A stretch of 64,000 bases of DNA from contig JASTWF010000048.1 of the NCBI GenBank assembly GCA_030390025.1, forward strand, positions 434,001-498,000, in the 5' to 3' direction. The position numbers and the translations under genes are program-made. This document shows, in pieces, positions 1-12,081 of the stretch. The notes below the pieces were generated by a model, which saw nothing but the letters and a program-made list of their open reading frames with translations, made no database searches and was not told the origin of the DNA. Every line of letters starts with the position of its first letter. The stretch's first letter is position 1. This stretch comes from Squalus acanthias. Lineage: Eukaryota.

Positions 1-28
1 CCTCCTCCTTTCCCCGTCTCTTCCCCAG

Positions 29-324
29 ACGTGAACTCAGAGACGGTCCGCCAGACTCCCGCCGCTCTCTCCAATATTCCTGGGGAGGAATTGGAAGTAA
101 ATTGCGACGTGGAGGGCGCCAGCAGCGGTACCATGTCCTGGTACAGACAGGAGCCGGGGAAGGGGCCGCAGTTGATATTTAACTCCAGGGCTAACAATCA
201 CGTGGATCCAGAGGGGATGATGGACGGTTTCACCGCCGAGCGACCGAATGGCAACGAGTTCAACCTGATGTCCTCCAGCCTGCAGGCGAATCACTCGGCC
301 TTGTATTACTGCGCCTGGAGTCTT
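29..324 (+). CDS. TRBV: TCR beta V segment V1 (family A, TRBV30-like), V exon; leader lies upstream of the window
   Basis: Polypyrimidine tract and cag acceptor ending at 28. Open Ig-V frame with Cys23, WYRQ, FTAERP and YYCAWSL, followed by a 23-RSS. Confidence 0.9.
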
Positions 325-363
325 CACAGTGACTCAGAGAGATGGAGGAGCTCAACAAAAACC
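325..363 (+). other. 23-RSS of V1
   Basis: CACAGTG + 23 nt + ACAAAAACC (perfect consensus). Confidence 0.97.
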
Positions 364-469
364 CCAAAGGCGGCAGGAAACACCTGTTGATGATGAAACA
401 GCTCGGTGCCTCGTCCTGTTGTGTTTATTTTACAGAGCGAACATGTTTTTCTCAAGAATAACAGACGGG

Positions 470-760
470 ATAGAAAAAAGCGAGAAATTAGATTGAAAAA
501 ACACTGGTGAAGCAAAAAGAATGATAAGTTAAATATAGTGAAGAACGATAGAACGAAAGGAAGATAGAAAGAAAGAAGGACAGGAAGTGAGGAACAACGA
601 AAAAAGAAAGAAAGACAGAAAAAAGGAATGATATAAAGAAAGAAACAAGTCTGAAAAGAAGAAAGAAAGGAAGAAAGATAGAAGAATGAAAGGAAGAAAG
701 ATACACAGAAAGAAAGGAAGATGGAAAGTAAGATAGATAGAAGGAAATGAAGTAAAAAGA
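470..760. repeat. GAAA-rich purine tract 3' of every family-A RSS
   Basis: (GAAA/GGAA)n; paralogs follow V2, V3, V5, V6, V7, V8 and V15. Confidence 0.8.
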
Positions 761-1019
761 TTTTCCAGCTTTTACACACTGACACTGTTTTTTCTTTCTC
801 CACAGAGACTAAAGAGGGCGCTCCAGGACCATGACACACACAGCTGCCTGTAATATGGTTTAATATGGAATAGTCCGAGATCATTCATGCCCTTTGAGCC
901 TGTTACTTAGGAACAGGAGAAGGCCATGAAGCATTCTCGAGGCCGTATACACAGGTACAGAAGTAGGCCCATTCAGCCACACGAGCCTGTTACATAGGAA
1001 CAAGAGGAGTTCATTCAGC

Positions 1020-1960
1020 CCGTCGAGTTTGCTCTGCAAGCCAATGAGATCCTGTGTGATGTGTATCTTCCTTCTGTCTAACCGCATACACCTCGATAGC
1101 TTTACCCTACAAATATCTATCAAATACAGTCTTGAAAGCTCCAATTTACCCTCACCTTCAACAGACTCTTGGAGGAGAGCGTTCCACATTTCCACTACCA
1201 TTGTGTGAAGAGGTAGTTTTTGACACAACGCCTAAACGACCTAACTCTAACTTTAAGTTTACGCCCCCCTGTCCTGGACTCCCCCATCAGAGGAAATAGT
1301 TGCTTTCTATCAACCCTATCAACTTATTTTAACATTTAAAAAACTCAATCAGTTCGGCACTGAATCTTCTATACTCAAGGTAATATAGGCCAAGTTTTGC
1401 AATTGTTCCTCATAATTTAACCCTCTCAGTCCCGGGTATCAGTCTGGTGAATCTGCGCTGCATCCCCTCCAAGTCTGATATATCCTTCCTGAGGTGCGGT
1501 ACCCAGAATTGAACTCAGTACTCCAGATGGGATCTGACCAAGTCTCTATACGACAGAAGAATAACTTCCTGCCCTTTGCATTCCCGACCCCTTGAGATAA
1601 AGGACAACCACCCTTTCGCATTTTTTATTTCTTTTCCCCCTGTATACCAGCATTTAGTGAATTGTTTACATGAGCACTTAAATCCCCTTGCTTCTCCGCA
1701 ATTCCTTGCTTAGCACCATTTAGAAAATACACTGCTCTCTCATTCTTAGGTCCCAAGTGGATGACCTCGCACTTGCCCATGACAAATTACTTCTTCCACT
1801 GTACTGCCCGCTCACTTAATCTCTAACACTCTGATGTTTCTTCTTTAGGCCCCCAGTGGATGACCTGGTACTTGCTCATGTTAAACTCTACCTGCCGCTG
1901 TTTCTTCTCATTCACGTAAGTTGTTTAGGACAACTTTGCAACTTCCTGCTCCCGTCTGCT
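1020..1960 (-). mobile_element. Old CR1 3' fragment carried in each family-A duplication unit (also about 3370-4150, 15440-16370, 17900-18860, 20360-20900)
   Basis: Minus strand encodes a decayed LVRPHLEY..QFW motif; same position in each unit. Confidence 0.7.
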
Positions 1961-1974
1961 CTACTTACTGCCAA

Positions 1975-2137
1975 ACAGAGAGGGAGGGGCTGTACTGTCA
2001 ATCAGTGTGGGGGGGGGGGGGGTCTGGCTATGTTTCAGGGAGTGAGGGCGGGTGTGTCAATCAACGTCGGAGGGGCGTGGCTGTCAATCAGCGTGGGAGT
2101 GGAGGAGCGGTGCTGTCAATCAGAGAGCGAGGGGGCG
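1975..2137 (+). repeat. Promoter minisatellite of about 27 bp (GC box + CTGTCAATCA) upstream of V2
   Basis: Repeated GGGGCG..GCTGTCAATCAG units. Confidence 0.75.
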
Positions 2138-2151
2138 TGCATCACTTCCTT
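2138..2151 (-). promoter_or_regulatory. ETS/decamer-like motif in family-A promoters (also at about 14063, 16548, 19033)
   Basis: Minus strand reads AAGGAAGTGATGC, about 105-110 bp upstream of the ATG. Confidence 0.55.
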
Positions 2152-2256
2152 GCGTGGTTTCCTCGATGATTTGAAAACAGCCGGTTGGATCCTCACAAGA
2201 CTCAACGCTCTTGTTGTCGCTGATTTCATTGTTCAAAGTAAATCTTAAAGTTAAAG

Positions 2257-2770
2257 ATGTATCTGTTACTGAGTCTCGTGATCTTATTTGAATGTAAGTG
2301 ATTTATTCACGCAATAATCTTTGTTAATAGCCTTTCTTTAATCTTTCTTTCTTCACTTTCTTTCCTTCGTTGTTTCCTTCATTTTCTCTTTATCTTCGCT
2401 CTTTACTTCTTTATTTCCCCAGTACCAGAATGCCCCTGTTTACTGACCTCCTCCTCTCCCCGTCTCTTTCCCAGACGTGAACTCAGAGACGGTCCGCCAG
2501 ACTCCCGCCGCTCTCTCCAATATTCCTGGAGAGGGAGTGGAACTAAAGTGCGACGTGGAGCGAGCCAGTAGCGGTGACATGTACTGGTACAGACAGGACC
2601 TGGAGAAGCGGCTTCAGCTGGTGTTTTACTCCGGGGCTACCAATCACGTAGATCCAGAGGGGACGGTGGACGGTTTTACCGCCGAGCGACCGACTGGCAA
2701 CGAGATCAATCTGAAGTCCTCCAGCCTGCAGGCGAATCACTCGGCCGTGTATTACTGCGCCTGGAGTCTT
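2257..2770 (+). CDS. TRBV: TRBV V2 (family A), intact; leader 2257-2293, V exon 2475-2770
   Basis: Leader MYLLLSLVILFE with gtaagt donor (phase 1) splices in frame to YVNSETVRQTP...YYCAWSL. Confidence 0.92.
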
Positions 2771-2809
2771 CACAGTGACTCAGAGAGATGGAGGAGCTCG
2801 ACAAAAACC
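2771..2809 (+). other. 23-RSS of V2
   Basis: CACAGTG-23-ACAAAAACC. Confidence 0.97.
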
Positions 2810-4182
2810 CCAAAGTCGGCAGGAAACATCTGTTGATGATGAAACAGCGCGGTGCCGCGTCCTGTTGGGTTTACTTTACAGAGCGAACGTGTTTTTGACA
2901 AGAATAACAGACGAGCTAGAATAAAAGCGAGAAATTGGATTAAAAAAGGCACTGGAGAAGCGGCAAAGAAAGATAAGTTAAATATAGTGAAGAACGAAAG
3001 AACAAAAGGAAAATAGAAAGAGAGAAGGAAAGAAAGAGAGGGAGAACGAAAAAAGAAAGAAAGACAGCAAGAAAGAATGACACAAAGAAAAAAACAAGCC
3101 TGAAAAGAAGGAAAAAGGAAGAAGGATAGACAGAAAGAAAGGAAGAAAGATACACAGAAAGAAGGAAGAAAAAAGATAGAAAGAAGGAAATGAAGTAAAA
3201 AGACTGTCGATCTTTTACACACTGACACTGTGTTTTCTTTCTCCACATAGACTTTAGAGGGCGCTCTAGGACCATGAAGCACACGGTTGCTTGCAATATG
3301 GTTTAATATGGAATTGAAGGAGACCATTCAGTCGCCTTGAGCCTAATACATAGGAACAAGAGGAGGACATTCAGCCCCTCGAGTCTTCCTTCTGTCTAAC
3401 CGCATTTGCTGCGTATACCTCGATACCCTTACCCTACAAACATTTGTCAATCACAGTCTTGACAGCTTCATTTGTCCTTCAGACTTAACAGATTCTTGAG
3501 GAGAGAGTTCCACATTTCCATTACCATTGTGTGAAGAGGTGATTTTGACACAACGCCTGACGACCTAACTCTAACTTTAAGGTTATGTCCCCCTGTCCTG
3601 GAATCCCCCAACAGAGGAAATAGTCTCTCTCTATCGACCCTATCAACTTATTTTAACATTAACAAAACTCCATCAGTTCAGCACTGAATCTTCTATACGC
3701 AAGGTAATGTAGGCCAAGTTTTGCAATCCTTCCTGATAATTTAACCCTCTCAGTCCCAGGTATCAGTCTGGTGAATCTGCACTGCATCCCCTCCAAGTCT
3801 AATATATCCTTCCTGAGGTGCGGTTCCCAGAATTGAACTCAGTACTCCAGATGGGGTCTGACCAATTCTGTATATGTAAGAACAATACCTTCCTGCCCTT
3901 TGTATTCCAGACCCCTTGAGATAAAGGACAACATCCCTTTAGCATTTTTGATTCATTTCCCCCTGTATACCAGCATTTAGTGATTTGTTTACCTAGGCAC
4001 CTCAATCCCCCTCCGCGATTCCGAGCTTAGCACCCTTTGGAAAATACACTGGTCTATCTTTCTTAGGTCCCATGTGGATGACCTCGCACTTGCCCACGTT
4101 AAATTACTTCTTCCACTGTTTTGCCCACTCACTTAATCTCTGTGTCCCCTTTGCAAATCCCGATTCCCATCTGTTCAATTCA

Positions 4183-4378
4183 CTGCCAATCAGAGAGGGA
4201 GGGGCCGGGCTGTCCATTGGAGACGGTGTGGAGGGGCTGTCAATCAGAGAGGTAAGACGGGGCAGTCAATCATCCAGTCAGGGGCGAGGCTATCAGTGAT
4301 AGAGGGAGGTGCGGGATTGACAATCATAGAGAGAGGGGCGGGGCGGGATTGACAATCATAGAGAGAGGGGCGGGGCAT
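4183..4378 (+). repeat. Same promoter minisatellite upstream of the orphan family-B leader
   Basis: Degenerate CTGTCAATCAGAGAG / GGGGCGGG units. Confidence 0.7.
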
Positions 4379-4523
4379 TGTATGTTCAGTGTTTTATGAA
4401 ATAGGGACCGTTGCCGTTTACTCGCGCAAGTTCGGGCCTTGCACATAGCAGTCTCAGTGCTCCAGTCTCTGGGCAGCTTTTCGGGTCGAGGGGCTCCCGG
4501 TCTCAGACCTTCTGTCCCGGACC

Positions 4524-4572
4524 ATGCGGACTTGTCTCCTGTCCTGTACGATGCCGCTGTTCCTATTGGCGG
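4524..4572 (+). pseudogene. Orphan family-B leader exon (its V exon is missing)
   Basis: MRTCLLSCTMPLFLLA + g|gtaagt, near-identical to the leaders at 21257 and 26036. Intron homology to V9 ends near 5105 and no family-B V exon follows. Confidence 0.85.
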
Positions 4573-5889
4573 GTAAGTAAAGCGAGAGCCCGGTGTCACA
4601 TAGAGGCCTTAAGCTTTTGGAGTAGAGATGTATTAAAGAGCCTACAAAACAAGTTTTCAATAAAAAGAGAAAGAAAGAAAGTACGAGATATAAAGAAAAT
4701 AGGAAGGTAGAAAGAATGATCGAAGGAAGGAAAGATGGAAAGAAAGACAGAAAGAAAGAAAGAACACAGAAAGAAAAAAGAGAAAGATGGAAAGGAAGAG
4801 AACAAGGTTGTTGAAGCAAGTAAACTACATCTGTTTAGTGACACATAAAGGAAATACATTGTGTTCAATAAAGGCGGAATGGACATTTAGTTAACAGGGT
4901 TAATTCTATAATACTTGAACCAGTGAGTGACATTTCCACGCCAATCCATATTACAAGGAGAGCTCCACTAAACCTACTGGCTCCTGTCTAACTACAAGTT
5001 CCAGCGGGTTTAGAATATTAATCTTGTTTTGCCAAATCGACCAAAGCCAGAATGTCGCGCGGTAGAGCCGGTAGACTGTGTCTGTTAAGGAGCAGAGGAA
5101 CAGGGGGTGGGGGGGTTAGGGTAGGTGCAGATCCTCCTGGTACCCCACTAGCTACAGGCCTGCCAGCCCGGAAATGACCCGTTTATTCCTACTGTTGTTT
5201 CCATAACCCTTAATACCCTTACTTAACACAAATCTATCTACCTAAGTTTTGGAATCTCCAATTGACCTCAACTGAGTGAGAGAATTCCAGATTTCCACTA
5301 CCCTTTGTTTGATAAGTGCTTCCAGACATGAACGCTGAACGGCCTGGCTCTAATTTTAAGGTTATGTCCCGTTGTTCTCACCAGAGGGAATCGTTTTTCT
5401 CAATCTACCCTCTCGAATACGTTTAAGATTCTCAAACACCTCAATAAGTTCATCTCTTAATCTTCTATACTGAAGGGAATAAAGCCAAGTTTATACAACC
5501 TGTTCTCATAATTTAAGCGTTTTTGCTCTCTTATCATTCTGGTGAATATGCGGACACCCACTTCAAGGCTAATATATCCTTCCTGATATGCATTGCCCAG
5601 AAGTCAAGAAGTGCACGCAGTTCTCCAGACAGAGTCTGACCAGACAGTTATACAGCTGAAAGATAACATCCTGTCACCTCTGTGATAAAAGCCAGCATTC
5701 CATTAGGCTTCCACAGTTCTTAGCTGATCCCCACATGGAAAATATTCCGATCTATCCTCCTGAGGTGCACAGGGGATGAGCTCACTCTTGCCCACATTAA
5801 ACTCCAGCGTCACTGTTTTGCTCATTCACGTAATCTTTCTCTGCCACTTTGCAACTTGCAGCTTCAGCTACGCTACTTACTGCCTCTCC

Positions 5890-6150
5890 GAGAGGGAGGG
5901 GCGAGGCTGTCAATCAGGGAGGGAGTTGTTGGGCTGTCAATCAGAGAGGGAGGGGCGAGGCTGTCAATCAGAGAGCGAGGGGCGAGGCTGTCAATCAGAG
6001 AGGGAGGGGCTGGCTGTCAATCAGATAGTGAGGAGCGTGTCTAATATCAGAGAGGGAGGGGCGGTGCTGTCAATCAGAGAGGGTGGGGCGTTGCTGTCAA
6101 TCAGAGAGAGGGGGGCGGGGCTGTCAATCAGAGAGGGAGGGGCGGGGCTA
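5890..6150 (+). repeat. 27-bp promoter minisatellite upstream of V3 (about 9 units)
   Basis: Unit GAGGGAGGGGCGAGGCTGTCAATCAGA. Confidence 0.85.
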
Positions 6151-6283
6151 CACAAACCTGCAACATTTGCTTTTGCTCCTCATGATTATCTCAATGATTT
6201 CAGAAGAGCGGATTGGATCCTCACAACACACAACGCTCCTGTCTCGCTCCTTTACTTATTGAAAAGACAGCTTAAAATAAAAT

Positions 6284-6826
6284 ATGTATCTGTTACTGGG
6301 TTTGATGATCTTATTTCACCGTAAGGGAGTTTTAAAATAAACAGTTATTGTTAATAAACTTCCTTTACTCTTTCTTTCTTTCAATCTGTATCTCTTTCTT
6401 GCTCTGTTTCCATACTTTATTTATTTCCTGCTGCATTTCCCCGAATGCCCCAATTTACTGACCTCCTCCTCTCTCCCTGTCTCTTTGCCAGACGTGAACT
6501 CAAAAACTATCCGCCAGACTCCCGCCGCTGTCTCCAGATTTCCCGGGGATGGAGTGGAACTGAAGTGCGCTGTGCAGGGCACCAGTAGCAGTTACATCTA
6601 CTGGTACAGAAAATGCCCGGGGAAGGAGCTTCAGCTGATGTTTTACTCCATAGGTACCAGTGCCGTGAATCCAGAGGGGACGGTGGACGGTTTTACCGCC
6701 GAGCGACCGAATAGCAACGAGTTCAACCTGAAGTCCTCCAGCCTGCAGGCGAATCACTCGGCCGTGTATTACTGAGCCTGGAGTCTTCAAAGTGACTCAG
6801 AGCGATGGAGGAGCTCAACAAAAACC
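6284..6826 (+). pseudogene. TRBV: TRBV V3 (family A) pseudogene; leader 6284-6320, V exon 6492-6787, defective RSS 6788-6826
   Basis: Cys104 codon is TGA (6773-6775, TAT TAC TGA GCC TGG). Heptamer reads CAAAGTG. Confidence 0.92.
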
Positions 6827-9550
6827 CCAAAGACGGCAGGAAACACCTGTGAATGATAAAACCGCGCCGTGCCGCGTCCTGTTTGGTTTATTTTACAGAG
6901 CGAACGTGTTTTTGACAGGCGATAGAAGAAAATTGAGAGATTGATGATAAAGGTACCGAAGATAGAGCAAAGAAGCATTAAGTTAGATGTAGTGGTGAAT
7001 GATAGAAGGAAAGAAACAAAATAGATATCCAGAAAGAAACAAGGAAGGAAAGAAAGGGAGAACGAAAGAAAGACAGAAAGAATGGCAGAAAGAATGATAG
7101 AAAGATAGAAGGAAAAAAATAAAAAGACTGGTGGATTTTACACAGTGACACAGTGTTTTCTTTCTCCACATGGACAGTAGACGGCGCTCTAGCACCACGA
7201 AACACTCAGTTGATTGATTATATCTTGCCAGGAAGACAGAATTAAGAGGAGGCCATTCAATCCACTTCCGGCTGTAACACAGAAAGAGGAAGAGTTCATA
7301 CATCGCTCTAGCTTGCTACATAGGAGCAGGAAGTGGCGATTTGGCCATCGAACCTGTTCCACAGGTACAGGAGAAGACCGTGTAACCACTCGAGCCTGTT
7401 ACATCGGAAGAAGGGAAGGCCATTGAGCAACTCGAACCTGACCTGACATTCAATGAGATCATGGCTGATATGTGTCTCAATTACATTTAATCATCTTTTC
7501 TCCATCTACCTAGATACCTCCTCGGGGAGAGACTATTTATCTAACTATCTATCTATCTATCACTNNNNNNNNNNNNNNNNNNNNNNNNNNNNNNNNNNNN
7601 NNNNNNNNNNNNNNNNNNNNNNNNNNNNNNNNNNNNNNNNNNNNNNNNNNNNNNNNNNNNNNNNNNNNNNNNNNNNNNNNNNNNNNNNNNNNNNNNNNNN
7701 NNNNNNNNNNNNNNNNNNNNNNNNNNNNNNNNNNNNNNNNNNNNNNNNNNNNNNNNNNNNNNNNNCTCTCTATCTCTCTGTCAATCTATTTATCTAGCTA
7801 TCTATCTGTCTATCTCTCTATCTATCTTCTTGCTCTCTGTCACCTTAGATGAACTGAATTGATTATTATTCATTAAACATGCTGTATTAATGGTTTGAAT
7901 ATACTTTTCTTTAAGATATTCTCTAAATTATAAGAAGTAGATGGGGCGGAGGCTTCAATGGGTTAATAACAGAGTTGAAAGAGCGGACGAAGGAATATGG
8001 GAAGGAGTCACACGTACCTCCCGATTATTCCTCTGAATAATTCCCAGGATCACTTCAGCAGAGGGGGTGCAGATCCCTCCCTGATTTGTCGGATTGCGGT
8101 AGTGACCAGAGATGCGCTGATTATCATAAAACCTTCGAATGATGCACCACAGATGGAGCAGAGATGGAGTCCATTCGGCCCATTGTGCCTGTGCCGGCTC
8201 TTTGAAAGCGCTGTCCGATTAGTCCCACTTCCCTTCTCTTTCCCCATATTCCTGCAAATGTTCCCCTCAAGATTTTATCCAATTCACTTTTGAAAGTTAC
8301 TATTGAACCTTCTTCCACCGCCCTTTCAGACGGTGCATTCCACATCATAACAACTCGCAGAGTAAACACATTCTCCTCCACTCCCCCTCTGGTTCTTCTG
8401 TCAATCACCTTTTATCTGCCTCCTCTGGTTACCGACCCTGCGGCCACTGGAGACAATTTCCCCTTAATTACTCCATCAAAACCTTCATGATTTTGAACAC
8501 CTCCATCAATACTGCCCTTAACTTTCTCTGCTCTAAGTTGAACTATCTCATACCAATAGGAAATTGATAATCTTAGAATCTTGAAACGTGTTTCACGCTG
8601 TGCGAAGTCTAAATGCGTCTCCAGATACGTTTGTCACCGCGACACCTGCCTCATGACGGCGGTTTCAGCATCTGTTCACAACCGTTTAGCTGCTTCACTA
8701 TCAGGCTCTGGATGCCTTTTGATGGGCTTTTCAAAGAATCTGCACAGCAAATATTTAACCCTTGAATTCGCGTTTCGCACATAGGAACTGAAACCTGCAC
8801 TGCCTGAAACAGGAGAGCATCTTTCCCAGCAACGTTCCGTTATTCCGAGAATCATAGAATCCTGCAGCACTGAAGGAGTCCATTCGGCCCATCGGGACTG
8901 ATCCGGTCTTTGAAAGACCAAACCAACGAGACCCCCACCGGCTTCGTCCAACCCCTCTTCAAGTACTTCCATTAGCATATCCTTCTATTCCTTTCTCTCT
9001 CATGTACAGATCTAGCTTCCCCTTAAAAGCAACGATGCTATTTGGCTCAACCACTCCATGTATTTGCAAGTTCCACATTCTCACCACACTTTGGATAAAG
9101 AGGTAAATCCTAAATTCCCCATTGGATTTATTTGCGTATATCTTGTAACTCCCCGAGTTTTGGTACCTCTTATCCATTTATTCCCACTCCCGTGCTGTTT
9201 CCCCATATTCCTGTATTTTTTCTTATCAAATTTATATCCAATTCAATTTTAAATGTTATTATTGAATCTGCATCTACCGCCATTTCGTGCAATGCATTCC
9301 AGATCATAACATCTCTCTGTCATAAAATTCCTGTCTCCTCATCTCCCCACTGGCTCTTTCGCCAATTATCTTAAGTCTGTGTGCTCTAGTTAACGACTCT
9401 CCTGCTCGTGGATTTAGTTTCTCCCTATCAAGCCTATCAAAGCCCTTCATGATTTTGACACCTCTATTAATTCTCTCCTTAACCTTCTGTGCTGTGCAGT
9501 TCTGTGAAGTTGCTCAACTACCGAAAGAATTGAATTGAGCGTGGGTTACG

Positions 9551-9565
9551 CAGGAAGTGACGTAA
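9551..9565 (+). promoter_or_regulatory. ETS/CRE (V-beta decamer-like) composite in the V4 promoter (paralogs at about 36023 and 61206)
   Basis: CAGGAAGTGACGTAA about 120 bp upstream of the ATG; AGTGACGTAA resembles the V-beta decamer AGTGAYRTCA. Confidence 0.65.
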
Positions 9566-9683
9566 GACTGATATTTACAACTGGATGCTACGTCTTTAAT
9601 CAGATCCAACAGATAAACTGACGAGAAACGACGTTTTGAGCTATACTCGATCACACAGCGAGCCTACGTCGAATGAATAAATC

Positions 9684-10605
9684 ATGTTTCATGTAGTTCA
9701 TTGCCTGACATTGATGGTGGCACTGATCCCACGTAAGTCATAGTAACAAACTGGTGCAGAGCTCTTTGTAGAATAATGTATTTTAATGTCAGCTGTTGTT
9801 CAGCTGGTAGAAAGCTTGGTTTTGAATCAGGGGCTTTGGGTTCGTGTATTACTCCTGAGACTTGAGCACAAAATGTATACAGACACTGCCGAGACTAGCA
9901 CAGAGGGAGTGCTCCACTTTCGGAGGTTCCATCTTTCAGATAAGGCGTTCAAACGAGCTGCCCTTTCAGGTGGACGTAAATGATCCCATGGCACTATTGG
10001 AAGAAGAGAGCGAAGTTGTCGGCGGTGACCTAGGCCAATATTAATCCCACAACAAACACCAAAAAAACAGATGTACTGGGCATTGATTTAAATGCAGTAT
10101 GTGGGAGCTTGCTGTGCTGAAATTGGCTGTCTCCATTCCTACATTACAACAATGACTACACTTTAATCAGTACTGTCATTGGTTGTAAAGAGCTTTGTGA
10201 GTTTCTGAGGTCGTGAGTGGCGCTTTATGACTGGAACCTATTTTTCTCTGTAGTCCGCGCTCTAATCAATTTTGACAAAAATCAGAAACTAATCGATGTT
10301 GCATTCGACAGGAATACTCGCCTCGTACGTGGAGCAGTCGCCTTCTGTCCTATCGATTGGAGCAGGAGAGTCGACCACGCTCAGATGCACGCTGACGAAT
10401 ACTGCTTATCCCCAAATGTACTGGTACAGACAACAACTCGACCGGACATTAGAAGCTCTTTTCTATTCTGTTGGAGCAGATGCTGTTACGAAATACACGA
10501 CCGAGTCTTTTAAGGCCGAAAGAAGCAGCACTACGCTGTTTACTTTGGAACTGAGCGCCGCCTCTCCGTCTCACACCGCTGTCTATTACTGTGCTTGTAG
10601 TACCG
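9684..10605 (+). CDS. TRBV: TRBV V4 (family C), intact; leader 9684-9732, V exon 10312-10605
   Basis: Leader MFHVVHCLTLMVALIP c|gtaagt; acceptor cgacag; ILASYVEQSP...WYRQ...LFYSVG...YYCACST. Confidence 0.9.
9790..10245 (+). mobile_element. tRNA-headed DeuSINE (SacSINE1-like) in the V4 intron; paralogous copies in the V12 and V16 introns
   Basis: A/B-box-like head; Deu-domain-like GGACGTAAATGATCCCATGGCACTATT..GAAGAAGAG. Confidence 0.65.
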
Positions 10606-10644
10606 CACAGCGGTTGAGAAAGCGGCTCCCCAGCTACAAAAACC
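10606..10644 (+). other. 23-RSS of V4
   Basis: CACAGCG-23-ACAAAAACC. Confidence 0.95.
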
Positions 10645-10662
10645 TGCAGCGGATGAATGGCA

Positions 10663-10700
10663 GTTCAGTGCCCATTTTCCGCCACCAGGTGGCAGCACTA
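10663..10700 (+). promoter_or_regulatory. CTCF motif (core plus upstream module) about 35 bp 3' of the V4 nonamer
   Basis: gTTCAGTGCCCattttcCGCCACCAGGTGGCAGCACta; matches the CTCF consensus CCASYAGRKGGCRS. Confidence 0.75.
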
Positions 10701-11049
10701 GATATTAGTTCAGTGTTTGATTTCTCCTTCACTCCTTCCACTCCTGTCCTCTGTATTTCCCTACGCCATCCTCTCCCGCCCCTAGCATCCCTTTTTTCCT
10801 TCTCCCCCCTTCCCTTATTAAATGACTGGGGACAAGATGGTGAGGCGGCGACCTCTGACGTCATATGTCATCGTCGCCCTTCAACAATTAACCAATCCTT
10901 GCATTTGTGGAAGAATCAGGAGGAGTGGGGGGGGGGATGGAAGTGTGGGGCTCTTTGACTGCGTATCTCTCACTCCTGCTCCACTCTCTGAGTCTGGAGG
11001 CCAGTTCTGGTCCGCACACGGTTACCTATCGATGCAGATCGCTTCAATA

Positions 11050-11470
11050 TAGAGAGAAAGCTAAGGAGAGAGTTAGTGAGTGAGGGTGTGAGAGAGACAG
11101 ATAAAAAGAGTGAGAATGACAGAGACTGAGAGAGAGAGAGAGGAAAGAGTGAGACAAAGAGAGAGGGAAAAAGCAAGTGAAAGAGAGACAGAGAGAAACA
11201 GAAAGACGAAAGAGAGAGGAAGAAGTGACTGGGAGAGAGAAAACGAGTTGAAGAGAAACACAGAGACAGAGAGGAAAGAGAGAGATAGAGAGACAAAGGG
11301 AGGAAAGACAGGGACCGAGAGAGAGAAAGCGAGTGAAAGAGAGACAGAGAGAAAGAGACGCAGAGACAAAGACAACAGAGAGAGAGAGAGAGAGAAATAC
11401 TGAGAGACAAGAGGGAGACACACAAATACATAGACACAGAGAGAGAGAGAGACAGATACATACACAGCCA
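11050..11470. repeat. GA-rich low-complexity tract
   Basis: (GA)n / GAGACA. Confidence 0.9.
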
Positions 11471-11709
11471 GACAGGGAGTGTTGCAGAGAGAGCGCCGGA
11501 CGAACAGTCAGAGAACATTGGAGACATTGGTAAACAGGTCGATTCTGATTGGTTGAACTGGAGAAAGGGGCTGTACCCGTCCTTCTATTGCTTCCTTAAG
11601 CTTTTCATGTTTTTCTCAATGATTTGGAAAAAGCGCTTTTTCTCCTCGCAACACTCAAAGCTCCTGCTCTCGCTCCTTCCCTCATTAGATGTAAATATTA
11701 AAATATAAG

Positions 11710-12035
11710 ATGTATCTGTTACTGGGTCTGCTGAATTTGTTCCAACTGAAGAGAAATTTTCAAACAATAATGATTGCTAACAACCTCCATTTACTTTCGT
11801 TCTTTTTTTCTATCTCTCTTTCTCTCTTTCGCTCGTGCTCCCTTTCCCCATTGCCCGAAAAACCCTGTTTACTGACCTCCTCCTCTCCCCGTCTCTTTCC
11901 TAGATGTGAGCTCGCAGGATATCCGCTAGACTCCCGCCGCTGTCTCCAACTTACCAGCGTGTGGAACTGAAATCCGCTGTGAAGTCTATCAGTAACCCTA
12001 ACATGTTCCGGCACAGACAATACCCGGGGAAGGCT
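11710..12035 (+). pseudogene. TRBV: TRBV V5 (family A) truncated remnant
   Basis: Leader-like MYLLLGLLNLFQ with no GT donor. Exon from 11904 has an in-frame TAG and a decayed WYRQYPGK motif. The 3' half and RSS are replaced by CR1 plus a MITE; the family-A 3' flank resumes near 13190. Confidence 0.8.
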
Positions 12036-12081
12036 GCTTTCTGTAGTAAAGAGAAGACTGAGGGGTGAGCTGAAAGCTAAT

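Noticed and set aside
37-327. Recurrent antisense ORFs (MKTPGAVI...) over family-A V exons
   Set aside because: Shadow frames of GC-rich V exons, repeated only because the exons are duplicated; they start at GTG/TTG and have no independent signals
324-884. Long F/L/S-rich minus-strand ORFs (also at 2770, 10970, 14844, 21058, 50174)
   Set aside because: Translations of GAAA/GA low-complexity tracts
3218-3240. CACTGTG/CACAGTG heptamers in family-A 3' flanks as D or J RSSs
   Set aside because: No nonamer at 12 or 23 bp on either strand, and no FGxG J motif
9654-9690. CACAGCG upstream of family-C leaders as a cryptic RSS
   Set aside because: No acceptable nonamer at the required spacing
10606-10958. 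ORF extensions past the V end (for example the 220-aa ORF at 10296) as extra domains
   Set aside because: Read-through across the RSS into flank that is removed on rearrangement
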